From NCBI GenBank assembly GCA_035084275.1, contig CM068764.1, positions 7,750,001-7,814,000 on the forward strand: DNA of 64,000 nt. Direction: 5' to 3'. Numbering within the stretch: the first letter of the stretch is position 1; every line of letters begins with the position of its first letter. Below, in pieces: positions 13,081-24,969 of the stretch. A model generated the notes under the pieces. It had not been told where the DNA came from. It worked only from the letters and a program-made list of their open reading frames with translations, and made no database searches. A program made the translations under genes and the position numbers. The stretch is from Hydrolagus colliei. Its lineage: Eukaryota.

Positions 13081-14207
13081 GGTGGCAGTCACCTCGAACT
13101 ACCTGCAAAAATAAACATTTTACAATGAGCTCTATTCAAGGTGTGTGTGTGTTTTTTTTCCACAAGCCACTCTTCAACCAACAGGTCGTAACTTAGCGCT
13201 CAGCTTTCAGCTGAAGCTTCATTGGCAGTGCTGGGTTAGCAGGAGGTTTAAGCAAATAATGAACTATACATCTCAGGAAAAATACCAAATTTATTTGGAG
13301 GGATGGGGGGAGGGAGGTGGGGTGGGGCGGGTAGGAGAGAGAGAAGGAGGTGGGAGAGGATCTCAGGAGCATTGACGTTGAGCTAATTTTGATGAAAATT
13401 GGAGACAGTTGAGAACCGATCCTTTGATTAGGGAAATGGCTTTCATTCAGTCTGTTTAAGAATGTGCGTTCAGAGGGGGGGTGGGGAAAGGTGCGGAGAG
13501 TTTAAACGGTCCATTCAGGCTCGCCCTGATCTGCCTGGATTCGAACACATGTCTCGCCCTTGCAAGGCGGGTGCTCTATCTAACCACTCACTGAGCAACA
13601 GGAGCTCCAAAAATGGCAGGTGTTAGAAACAGAAATGTCAAAATGGTGCAGTGAGATGTACTCCCATGTTGGGTAGCAGGGCGGGGGGTGGGGGGGGTGG
13701 TTTGGTGGAATGAAGGTGTATCTTTGGCAGAGCATCTGCATCTGTGCTAATGTTAATATTTATTTACCTTGAAAATACAAATATTCACAATCCAGGCTAA
13801 CAATGCAGCGCAGCCAGAGATTACTGTTGAAAAGGTTTATCGTTCGGAACAGGCAGCCAGAACAGGGAGAAGTGTTTTTTTTTTGGCAAAAAAAAAAAAA
13901 TCAGTGCGTTGGCTGTCTATACTCAACGCAGCACAAAGCTCGGGAAGAATAGAACTTGCCCTGCGGTTCTGTCAAAATATTGTCTTCACAGAAATTTGTA
14001 AGATAAAATATTATAATTTGGTATTCAGATCCTTGCTGGCACAAAGTAGTTGCGACGTTTCCCCGCATAACAATCACTGCACTACAAAGCAACGCTCGTC
14101 TGTTGAGGTGCCGACATTCTAAAGGTCTAAAGCAAATCCATGCATCATCATCCCTTGCCTTGGCAGGAGCCACATTCACCTAAATGATTTCCTTTTCCAA
14201 GAGGAAT

Positions 14208-14257
<50 letters not shown>

Positions 14258-16202
14258 GCGTGCGCGCCCGCGGCGCTTTAGATTCAAAGAGATTGCAATG
14301 AGTCAATGTCACATTTGAATGTGTTAATTCATTAAAACGGTTCCCAAAGAAAATCAACAGGTTCCTTTTTCACAGATGTGGTGTGAAAGTCTGCTGAATG
14401 CAGAACACTCTCAGCACGCACACTGAGGAGTTTTGGGGGCATCGGAGCTGTCCAGCTGATGTTGCCTGTCCCCGAGTTCTGACCAATATTTTACCGCCGT
14501 CGGAATTGGCCAAAGCAAATCGATTCTTTTACTGCCATCTCATGTGAGATTCGTGGGTTGCCGCCATACGCAGTTGAGCTGGCTGCCACACTCACCCCAG
14601 GTAGCGCAACTACGCTGCACCTAGCGACTGGCAGAGCCTCGCACGCGAAAGTGGCCGGCGCAACGACACGCTCACAACATTCACGTTTCGCCCACTGAAA
14701 TACACAGTCAGTTCACTTGACGGGATATTCTGCGAAGCGCTTTGAGACGCCTAGAAGTCGTGAAAAGCCGCCGTATCAAATGCAAGGATTATTATCATTC
14801 TTATTGTTATTTAAAACATGAGGGAATTGAAAGTAACGACAGTGTGGTCCTCCCTCTCGCTTACATTTCACTCACTGAACAAAGGGAAGATTGTGTTTTC
14901 AATGGTTTCACAAGTAAAAGCCTTCAAACGGGGTTAGAGGTGAATGATTTATTTTATCTGGGGAGTGGGGGGGGATGACTGGCCGTGATCCCAGAGGGAA
15001 AACCTCTCTTCTATTTCCCGGTAGCGTCGTAGAATCATAGAATGTTACGGCACAGAAGGAGGCCATTCGGCCCATCGAGTCTGTGCCGGCTCTCTGACCG
15101 AGCAAGTCACTTTCATTAAACCCCGATCACCAGCTCTCTCCCCATAACCCTGCAAACCCCGTCTTGCCCAGATACCCATCTAGTTCTCTCTTCGATCATC
15201 TCACACGATCTGTGACATCCACCGGTTCAGGGACAGACAGCTCGGCTTTAACGGTCTCATCCGAAGTGGAGCGTGGGGAGGTGAGGGCTCGAGAAGAGAG
15301 GCGAGAAAAACTTGAACACACACACAACCTTCTGAACCAGGGGGTGGGGGTGGGGGGTGGGAGAAGTGGGGTGGGGGGGGGGGGGGTAAGAGTGGTTACC
15401 GCGACTGAGCCAGGCTGACACCAGTGCAATCTGTAGGACATTTTCAAGCGCCTGTTCAATAAAATGGGAGGAGAGGGAGGAGGTTTGGTTGTGGTGGGTG
15501 GGTGTGTGTGTGGAGGGAGGGGAGAGAGAGAGAGGGGTGGGGGGAAGCGAGAGTAGAGAGAGAGGAAATAACTTAAATGGAGAGAGAGAGAGAGAGAGAG
15601 GCTAGCTGGCTGTCCTGAGTGTCAAGAGGCTGGCCTTTTAGAGAGGAAGAAGGGGGAGACCCTGAAACCCTCTGTGTTGCTCACAACAACAATAATTTGC
15701 AGCTGATTAAACCCGACCTCACAGGAAGGGAGAGGAGGGACAAATGGGTGGCCATTGTTTCAGTAAACAACAACAACAACAACAACCAAAGCAGCAGTTA
15801 CACAGTAGAGGACGTCTCAAGGAGCTGGGATAAGGAGGGATAATTAATAAGAAGAATATTATTATTATTGTGAATGAGATTCATTCTTATTTATTAACAG
15901 AATAAGATGATTTCTAGGGCATCCCGACAAGGGACCGAGTGACAGCTCAGCTCCCGCCCCCTCGGGGGTGGGGGGGGGGGGGGGGTAGTTGGGGAGGGAG
16001 GGGGAGGCCTGACCAACGATAAAAAAAAAACCGAGCTTTAGTATCTTGTTAACCGGGAGCCCGGGGTTGACCGGCGGCGGCGGCGACCCTCCCTCTCTCA
16101 CACACACACGGGGAGGAATGGGGATAGCGGGGCGGGGAGGGCTGTCCGAAGAGGGAGGGAGGCAAGGAGGGAGGGAGGGAGGGAGAAGAAGCGATGACTG
16201 AC

Positions 16203-16340
16203 CTGGTCCCGGGCTGGACGGCGGCGGTGAGGAGGAGGAGGAGGAGGAAGAGAAGCTGTGGGTGAAGTGAGTCCGGCACCCGGAGTAGAGAAGGCGACGC
16301 ACCGACTGGGCGGTGGCGGTACGTCGGGTAACAGAGTCCC
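16203..16340 (-). other. AP2B1: Probable non-coding first exon (5' UTR) of AP2B1; 5' end approximate
   Basis: CpG-rich segment with CCT/CCG repeats ending in accag|gtcagt donor at 16202; lies upstream of the exon 2 acceptor. Confidence 0.65.
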
Positions 16341-17499
16341 CGGATCGCCTGTGCGCCGCGCAAAGGGGCCCCTCCTCGAGGGAGGAGCTAATGCGGGAGG
16401 GGATCAACAGCCCCCAGCTCAGCTGGTTTGAATGCTATATACTGTACTGTATACAGCAAACACAGTCCTGGCAATCCCACAGCGCCTTATAGCGTCGTTG
16501 AGACGTCTCGGAGAAAGTGCGTTGAGAGCGAGACACTGTACAGTACACATCGCGGGAATAATACACTGTAAAGTGAATTGTCTGAAAACGCCTTCGCGGG
16601 CGAAACGCAGCAGCCAGTCGCTCCCACCGCCGCGTCCCACGCTCGTGATGATACACGATTCACGTCGTCAGACGTGGCTTTCTTTTCAGGAGGAGTCTCA
16701 AAGGGTCTCCCCCTCACGCAGCTGGCTTGGCAACCACGACAAAATTGCACTCATACGGCGCCTTTCACGAGGCCGGTAGCAATTAAAAATACTGATTTTG
16801 TCACTCACTCGATCCACAACTATGTGCGCCATTGGCTGAGTATATATGGAGCGCTCTGAGACGCTGTCCAGCGTGGAGGGTGCTATATAAGTCCAAGTTG
16901 TTATCGTATATAATTCACATTGTATTTTTGGTTGAAGATCTCCGACTTTATTCTCTGTATGAAAAGGTGCCGTGTTTTTGTTATCTGTTATCATGGCATA
17001 CGGACAGACAGGCTCGTTATTCTTACCAGATCAAGAGTGCGATAGGTTCACGGCGAGCTGCATTTAAATACAGAATGCGGTAGAGGTGGCACGAGAGAAG
17101 ATTTCACTGGTATGTCGTTAATACTTTGCCAATGTGGACTGACAATTGGAAAATCTACTCCACGTCCACTCGGGGGTGTATTACACCGCGGTAATGTGAT
17201 GGGTAGGAACCAAAAGTGAACACCCTACAGATGCTTGCAGGAAAATCAACAGATTCAGATGAGGCCAGACTTAAAAAAGTAGATCTTTTATTTCGTTCAA
17301 ATCACTACGTACATATTTTAAAAGAAAACCCCATCTGCATGTGTTCCAGCCAACATTCCTCCTGATGAAATCAGTCATTCCCATCAGCGCTGTTTTTTGA
17401 GACGTTCCTCTAGCAAATTGACTGCCATGTTTGTTTCAAGGTCCACAGTCCGTGCTCCACGATAGCAATTCCTTGTGCATAGAGCCAGTGTCTAGGAGG

Positions 17500-17860
17500 G
17501 GGGGGGGGGGCGGTGGGGGAGGATTTTGAGTGACCGATGGGACTGTCGAAGAGGAGAGTCTTGAGGCGGGACTTGAAGGATGCCAGTGAGGGGGTGGGGC
17601 GGAGGGACTGCGGGATGGAATTCCAGAAGTTGGCGGCAGATTATCTGAAGGCTCACCCGCCATTTGGTGGGGCGGGGGTCATGGAGCGGGCCGGAGCTTG
17701 CTGAGTTGAGGGGGTGGGCAGGTGGTTAGGACGATTAGGAGGTCACAGAATGTAGGGTGGGCGGGGGGGCGAGGAGGCCGTGCAGGGCTTTGAGTGTGAG
17801 GACCAGGATCTTGAAATTGGTTCCTCGGGATGGTGAGGAGCCAATGGAGATGGGGGTCAA
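17500..17860 (-). mobile_element. Degenerate L2 fragment in the AP2B1/PEX12 intergenic region
   Basis: LHWL / FKILVLTLKALHGL motifs in shifted frames. Confidence 0.8.
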
Positions 17861-17922
17861 GGAGCTCGGAGCAGGGTTTAGCCCATTTCCCACGTCGGCT
17901 TTCTCTTTCCCAGCGTTCCGGA

Positions 17923-18105
17923 CAGGGTCCGCTCGATAGTCTGAAGGTTCGATAGTCCGAACACACAAATTTCCTATACCTGTTTGGGGGGGGGGGGGGT
18001 TATCGCTCGATAGTCCGAATCATTCATTAGTCCAAAGGTTAGGGTTACGGTTGGAGTTAGGGGAAGCTTCGGACTAACGAACCTTCGGACCATCGAGCGG
18101 TAACC
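17923..18105. mobile_element. Non-autonomous DNA transposon (MITE) with ~33-bp inverted repeats and 8-9-bp target-site duplication
   Basis: ccgctcgatagtctgaaggttcgatagtccgaa (17929-17961) is the near-perfect reverse complement of 18068-18100; GTTCCGGA at 17915-17922 and 18106-18113. Confidence 0.75.
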
Positions 18106-18562
18106 GTTCCGGAAGGAGAATTTAACCCCGGGGAGGAGGGGGGGGGGGGGTGGTGGTGGTGGGAGAGAGAACAAGGGGGAAAGAAAGAACTCGCGGACGC
18201 ACTGAGACAACCAAACAGCGGCGGCGAAAGGGGGGAGATTTCTAGACGGAGACCAGGAAGTGTTTCTTAACCGGGAGGGTAATGAATGGATGAAGCAGAG
18301 ACATCTATCATCCTGTCCCTGTGAGGGGGGTGGGGGGGGGGGGGAGGAGACACTAACACTAGCCCCAGTGAGGGTGTGAGGGACACTGATTGATTGCCCC
18401 GCGGTGGGGGGGAAGTACCCTGTGTGCTGACAGTCGCGGCTGCCGGGTGAGGGCGGCTGTGGAGTGGAGGAGGAGGGGGGGGGGGGGGGGGGGGGCGTGT
18501 CGGTGGCTACTCGAGGCCGAGGCTCAGGCTGCGGTTGAGGCCTCGGGCCCAGGGCTCAGGCG

Positions 18563-18685
18563 ATGGCGGAGCGCGGAGCTCACCTGACGGCGTCCGTCAG
18601 CCCCGAGCGGCCCAGCATCTTCGAGTTGGCGGCTCAGGACACGCTGCTGGCGGCGGTCAGGCCCGCGGCCCGGCACATCAGCAAG
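18563..18685 (+). CDS. PEX12: Peroxisomal biogenesis factor 12, exon 1 ([41 protein letters not shown])
   Basis: Recognisable PEX12 N-terminus (GAHLT...PSIFE..AQD); aag|gtcagg donor. Confidence 0.96.
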
Positions 18686-19000
18686 GTCAGGCCCGGCGGG
18701 GGGGGGTGGGGAGGGGGGGGTCAGGCCCGGCGGGGGGGGTGGGGAGGGCGGAGGGGGGGGTCAGGCCCGGCGGGGGGGGTGGGGAGGGCGGAGGGAGGGG
18801 TCAGGCCAGGAGGGGGGGGGTGGGGAGGGCGGAGGGGGGGGGTCAGGCCAGGAGGGGGGGGTGGGGAGGGCGGAGGGGGGGGGGTCAGGCCAGGAGGGGG
18901 GGGGTGGGGAGGGCGGAGGCGGAGGGGGGGGGGGTCAGGCCAGGAGGGGGGGGTGTGGAGGGCGGAGGGGGGGGGTCAGGCCCGGCGGGGGGGGGGGGGT
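18686..19000 (+). repeat. G-rich minisatellite, ~8 units of ~34-50 bp (ggtcaggcc[c/a]gg[c/a]Gn-tggggagggcgga-Gn)
   Basis: tcagg recurs at about 18687, 18721, 18761, 18801, 18843, 18884, 18934, 18976. Confidence 0.92.
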
Positions 19001-19074
19001 TTCAAGGCTCCACAGTAGGAGCCGGGATACAGCCCCCCCCCCCCCCCCCTCTCCCTCAGGGAGCCTGTTCCTTA

Positions 19075-19499
19075 ATATTAATAATAATAATAATAAACCT
19101 GGCATTTTGAGAGAGAGTCCGATCACTTTGTCTTCGAGACGTCTCAGAGCCCTTCGCAGACTGTAAAGTGAATTGACTGTATATATATATCTGTGGGCGA
19201 AACGCGGCAGCCGATTGCACCCAGCGGCATGTTCCGTCCCCCCCCCCCCCCCTCCTTCCCCCCCTCTTTCCCCCCCTCGCGCACGAACAGTCGTCGATTG
19301 AAATGACCAATTTCATTATTGTGTGTGTGCGTGTGTTTTTCTGGAAGGATTATTATTAGGCCTGTGTGTGTGTGTGTGTGCGCGTGTGTAAGTGGAGAGT
19401 AAGGAAACTGGCCCAAGGTTTCGCCCCCAGATGTGTCCGGATTCGAAACACACGCTGTGTAAGGCGAGTGGCTCTAACCCACTGAGCTGCGGGAGCTCC
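19075..19499 (-). mobile_element. SINE copy in PEX12 intron 1
   Basis: Head, core and tail of the family. Confidence 0.88.
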
Positions 19500-19579
19500 T
19501 TTGGTTCGACAGTTTCCAACAGCAGCGACTTTTGCCGTACGCGCCGCGCTTACCAGACGCTTCTCCGTTTGTGCTGCAG

Positions 19580-20130
19580 GTGCTGGCCGAGTCCAACCCT
19601 GGCCGCTACGGCTCGTTGTTGCGATGGTTCGACGAGCTCTACACGGCGCTGGACCTGCTGCTCCAGCACTACTGCCTGTTGCGGACGGCCGCCTCCTTCT
19701 CCGAGAACTTCTACGGCTTGAAGAGGGTCCCCCCCGGGTCGGCGGGGTCCCCGGGGCTGGCTTCCGGCGGGCTCCCGGCCGCCCACCACCTCCGCTCGCT
19801 CCTCCTCCTCGTCCTGGTCCCCTACCTGAGGGTCAAGCTGGACAAGCTCTTCGGCCGGATGAGGGAGGAAGAGGATTACGCCATTCGCCTGCCCGCCTCT
19901 CGCCGCCAGCGCTTGCACCGAGCCTTTCTGGCCGCCTACCCCTACCTGAACATGGGCTGGGAGGGGTGGTTCCTGGCTCACCAGCTGCTGTACGTGTTCG
20001 GGAGGGCACGGCACCACTCGCCCCTGTTGAGGCTGGCCAGGGTCGTCTTGGTGACTCTCTCACCCGCGGACCTGCTGGATATGGAGCAGAGGTCCTCCTC
20101 CGCCAACGCATCACAGCCCGGGGGGAACAG
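19580..20130 (+). CDS. PEX12: PEX12 exon 2 (VLAESNPGRYGSLLRWFDELY...ASFSENFYGLKR...HHSPLLRLARV...PGGN)
   Basis: 551 nt, tgcag| and |gtaaag; Pex2/Pex12 N-terminal domain motifs. Confidence 0.96.
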
Positions 20131-20605
20131 GTAAAGCAAGGGCTGCCATTTTATTTTCACGACCGCCTTACAACAACCACAACCACAACTTGCATTTATA
20201 ATGATCCTTGAATTTCAATAATAGTGCTTTTTCACGTCTTCTAGACGTCTCAAAGCGCTTCGCAGAACATACCGTAAATTGAATTGACCGTATACTCGTG
20301 GGCGAAATATATAGCGACCACAATAATACAACAACAACTTGCGTTTACATAGCACCCTCTAGGGCGGGCGGCATCTCGGAGAGCTTCAAGGTAGAGGTGG
20401 AACACAGACTAGAGGCTTAGAGGCTGGACAAACAGTGGGAAGTTTGCCTGACATTGCTCTCAAGGATATGTTACGTGGATTTAGTTGGTGATATGCGAGC
20501 AGTTATCCGAGCTGTGGGTAGGAATTAGGAGGGGGGAAGGAGGAGGAGGGCAGGGTAGGAAAGCTGAAGGCAGTACCTGGATTAATAACCCTTCGTCTCT
20601 TTCTG

Positions 20606-20637
<32 letters not shown>

Positions 20638-20638
<1 letters not shown>

Positions 20639-21037
20639 GCAATTGAACAGCTGACCTTCTTCTTCCGCAATGCCTTTGGACGTATGGCATCTTCCCTGTC
20701 CACCGGCCTGGCCATGGGTGTCTTCTTCCTCCAGTTCCTGGAGTGGTGGTACTCGTCGGAAAACCAGGAGACAGTGAAGTCGCTGTCAAGCCTCCCGACC
20801 CCTCCGCCCCCAGTCCACCTCGACGGGTATCTGGCTCCCACGGCCTTGCCTGCCCTGAAGAGCCTCTGCCCACTGTGCCGCAAACACCGGGCCAACCACA
20901 CCGCACTCTCCACCTCGGGCCACGTCTTCTGCTACAGATGCATCTACGCCCACGTCAAGCGCCATCAAAGGTGCCCGATGACTGGCTACCCTTCGGAGCT
21001 GCAGCATCTCATCAAACTCTACTCCCCCGAGAGTTAA
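20638..21037 (+). CDS. PEX12: PEX12 exon 3 with [12 protein letters not shown] segment and degenerate RING finger, stop TAA; total CDS 1074 nt = 357 aa
   Basis: (CT)n tract + cag| acceptor; CPLCRK...VFCYRC...CPMTGYP..LIKLY; frame-consistent with exon 2. Confidence 0.97.
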
Positions 21038-21460
21038 GCCTGCGAGGCACAGAGGGTTGGTGGCTTAGCTCGATGGCTTTTGTCTCTCCAAACCATCCCA
21101 CCCACCTTGGCTTAATTCAGCCAAGTTTGGTTCGCGAGTTAAATTGAAAGGTAATGCGTTCGCTGAGCTGGACTGTGCTACAGTACTGTATAATGTTTAT
21201 ATGGAGTCAATCAATGGTGGGTTATAGCCTGGTGCCAAGATAGGCTAATGTGGACTGTCATAGGTTGAATGCTCTCTCCAGCTTCTCACGCTCAGTCTAT
21301 TGTATATTAATCCTTGGATTTGATAGAGCACCTTATTGTATTGGGAGGACGTCTCAAAGCGCCCTCCAGGTATTTTAATTTCAAGTACGTTTACTGTGTC
21401 TTTTGTGGGCATTTGGGGTACACAGAGTAATTGTGAGCCCTGGGCAAAGTGGAAGAAATA

Positions 21461-21655
21461 ATCATAATAATCCTTGAATTTGATATAGCGTTTTTCAGAT
21501 CTTCCAGACAGACATCTGAAAGCGCTTCACAGAATATGTTGCAAAGTGAACTGTATATTTGTGGGTGAAACGCGCCAGCCCATTGCGCACATTCAGCGTC
21601 CCCCACAAACAGTTGTGGATTGAAAATGACCAATTTTATTATTGTGGGTTTTTTT
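21461..21655 (-). mobile_element. 5'-truncated SINE in the probable PEX12 3' UTR
   Basis: Core and tail, antisense to PEX12. Confidence 0.8.
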
Positions 21656-21712
21656 TTTTTGTGCGGGTAAGAATTTGCAAGGGCTTCTGTGGTGGGGAGG
21701 GTAATGGGTCTG

Positions 21713-21718
21713 AATAAA
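21713..21718 (+). promoter_or_regulatory. Candidate PEX12 polyadenylation signal AATAAA
   Basis: AATAAA ~680 nt downstream of the stop, with ATTAAA and T-rich sequence shortly after. Confidence 0.4.
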
Positions 21719-22279
21719 AAGGAACAACAGCAACTTTCCTGTCAGAAGCTAGTTTTATTAAAGTGGAGATTTTTTTTTACTACGTTTCTTATTTGTCAAA
21801 GTTGATTTCCCTCTCGTAGTAGCTCCTTGTCTCACGGGGAGTCAGAACTATGGCTCCAATCGGTAACGAGCCATGCTTGAGCCATGCTAAAACCTCAACA
21901 CTGTAATTCACTGACGCTCTAACGTAACCCATTCTCCCTCCCCACGTCCCTCTCTGTCTGGACTCCAGACACGGTAAGTTTCCCCATGTTAGCGGGAGGG
22001 AAGGGGGAGCGTGCGTATTTAAAGGGGTAGCGGCCAAAAGATACAGCAAGCGTGACTTTCAAATCCAAGCCCGGTTAGATGGGCTGAAAGTGCTTGCGTG
22101 GGTCATTGAGCGCATTTTGGGCCTTTCTCAGCCCTTTGTGCCTTGTAATCTTTTCCTTTCCTGCTCCCTTCTTGTCCCACCTCGCTCTCCGCCTTGGCTT
22201 GACATCGGACTCCGCCGCTTCCTAGTCTGCGCTCGGGGGCTCCACCCAACAGGAACGGCACTATCCAAAATGCAACAGT

Positions 22280-22580
22280 AGCTGTGGCCTTTGCTCTCTG
22301 GCCTCCTCCTTGTCCCCCGAATCCTCCGTTCCACCATTGGCGGCCGTCAGCCACTACTCCCCGAGGCTCTGGAATTCCCTTCCTCGCCCTCTTTGCCTTG
22401 CCCCCTCCCTTCCTATTTTCAGGTCAGGCCTAAAGACTTTTCTTTTCGGCCGCGCTTTCGGTCACCTTTTTTCCCCCCCCCCTCGTGCCTGGTTCGGCCC
22501 CAGGATCTGCTATTGTGAAGCGCTCTGAGATGCCGTCTGGCGTGGAGGGGCGCTAAATAAATCCAAGTTGTTGTTGTTGC
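22280..22580 (+). mobile_element. L2-type LINE 3' fragment
   Basis: SHYSPRLWNSLP...FRSGLKTFLF, stem-loop end gtgaagcgctctgagatgccgtctggcgtggagggcgct, (TTG)n tail. Confidence 0.88.
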
Positions 22581-23130
22581 ATTGTCGTTGTGTGGGACTC
22601 ATTTCCTTTGCACCCAGGCCAACGGGTAAAGACCATGGTATAACTCGCTTGAGTTGGATCGCCATTGGCGAGAGGTTTGGACGAAGGGAAAACAACAAAG
22701 GCCCGAGGAGAGGGAAGAGCGTGGTACAGGGGCATCACAGTGGGCAGGTCTGTTCTTCTTGCACGTGTCATTCAAAGCTGCCTCTGTCAGCGACGCAGTG
22801 GAACGAAGAAGGCAGAATAGCGACAACACTGCTCGCTCTTGTGAGGCTGGAATGTGTGGAGCGGCCGCCAACGGAGCTGGGCTCTCAACGCCCGCAGACA
22901 TATGTCAACAAGGTGTCCTTGGCCTGCTCCCTGGCACTGTGCGAGCTCATACGGTCTCACAGACAGGCCCCCGAACAATAGGTGTTTTGTGAGGTCGCCT
23001 CTACAAGGCTTACCCCTTTCACCTGCAAATACATCCCCTGTCAGGCATTCGTCCAGGCAATTCACCAATGCAAACATTGCCATTTGTTTCTATCTATTTG
23101 TGTATCGTTTCCACCCATTTCCTCCCTCCT

Positions 23131-23161
<31 letters not shown>

Positions 23162-24025
23162 AAGACCTTCCTTTTTGATCATGCATATGGTCACCTCTCC
23201 CCTCCCTCTCCCCTTGGCTGGTTGTCAGACTCCGCCACTGTGAAGCGCTCCTGGATGTGAAGGGCGTGATGCGAATGCAAGTTGCTGTTGTTGTTTCGCG
23301 GGCTCGGCCGTAGGGTTCCCGGGTGAGATCCATCTCAACCAACTCTGCAAAAGCCCTGCCCCAATCCTTAAAACATATCCACAGAGAGGGGGGCTAAGAG
23401 GGAGCTTTCTGCTCTGCATCCAACCATTTGTATGTACTGTACAGTATATCTGAGAGTGATCGCTGGCCAATATCCCAGCGATTAATGAAACGTTTCATCA
23501 GGTCTCTGTCCTAAAATGACCCTTTGCCTTTCTCAAACCTTGCCCTCTCTTATCCTGTCGCCTCGACACGTCTCAAAAGGATTGCCAAGTTGGTTCCAAG
23601 TCCCGAGCAGTTCCGTCCTCTGAGCTCAGACTGACCCCGAAAACCCATTTCGCGTGAGGACCCTATGCATCGACAGAGGTTCCTGTTGAGCCCCCCTCAT
23701 CAGGCTCCCATTGAGGAGGGAGAGAGCCCCTTTCGAGGCAAGAAAGACAGCATGATTGATGGAGATTAAACGCCTTGCCGGAAACTCAGCTCTCGCACGC
23801 TCTATATCACGTTCCTCCTCTGTACGGTTGCCATGCCCAAAAGGACAAGAATGCTAATTGCAGATGGTGAGATCAAATCTGTTGATAATCCCAGTCGATT
23901 ATTAATGTATCTGCGGCTCATGTTGCTTCGGAGACAGGCTGGTAATGCGTACCGAGGAACCCAACATTTATCATTGCCAGTCTAATTTGAGATGAATTTA
24001 ATGTATTATCCACCAGACTTGCCCT

Positions 24026-24058
<33 letters not shown>

Positions 24059-24647
24059 TGCAGGATGGTTTCATTGTGCATTGTTGGTTTCTTATCTTCA
24101 GCAAACCCTTCTCATTTTACCTGCATAAAAATAAAATAGCAATAATCTTTGCATTTGATACAGCGGCTTATCATGCACTGCGAATGTCTCTAAAGTGCCT
24201 CACAACGTTTTGCTGTAAACTGCAGTGACTGTCTTATTTTGTAGCCGGAAAGCGACGGACAATTTGCGCGCCGCGCCGTCTCACAGACAGCCTTGGTTGA
24301 CCAATCTTTAACGTGGGGGTATTGTTGGCCAGGACACCGAGAGAGGGAGAGAGAGAGAAACTCCTCTCCTTTCAAATAGTGTCTCGGGATCTTTACCATC
24401 CACCTGAACAGACAGAACGATCGTCAGTTGAATGCAAAGCATGGCACTGTCAACAATGTAGCCCCCCCTCCCCCTGTCCCCCCCCCCCCCAGCATTGCAC
24501 TGGGAGCATCAGCCTAGACTGAAGTCAAATTTCGCCAAGTAGAGCTTTGAACCTGCAACCTTTTGAATCAGAGAAGAGAATTCAACCAACCAACCAACCA
24601 ACCAATCAACCAACCGAGCCAGGCTGCCCCTGTGCCTAACTCTTAAT

Positions 24648-24969
24648 ATAATAATAATAATAATAATAATCATCCTTGCATTTGATATAACTGTTCATGT
24701 CTTCTAGACGTCTCAAAGCGCTTCACAGAATACACTGTAACGTGAATTGACTGTATATTTGTGGGCGAAACAGCCAAGTCAGCCAATTGCGCACAGCAGC
24801 GTCCCCACTCACAGTCATGGATTGAACTGACCAGTTTTTGTTTGAGGGATTATTAGTAGGCATGTGCAGTAAGGAAGCTTGCCCAAGCTTTCGGCCTGAT
24901 CTGTCTAGAATTGAACCCAGGTCTCTCGCTTGGAAGGCGAGTGCTCTAACCACTGAGCTACTGGACTCC
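24648..24969 (-). mobile_element. SINE copy, full length
   Basis: Head ggagtcc..tagctcagtggttagagcactcgcc to (ATT)n tail. Confidence 0.9.

Larger units (their letters stand above)
16341..18562. promoter_or_regulatory. Head-to-head AP2B1/PEX12 promoter region with CpG-rich ends; ETS-type CAGGAAGTG near 18254
   Basis: Divergent gene starts ~2.2 kb apart; CpG-rich at 16.0-16.7 kb and 18.2-18.7 kb; interrupted by SINE, L2 and MITE remnants. Confidence 0.6.

Noticed and set aside
18535-19166. Long Gly/Arg-rich ORFs
   Set aside because: Translation of the G-rich minisatellite in PEX12 intron 1
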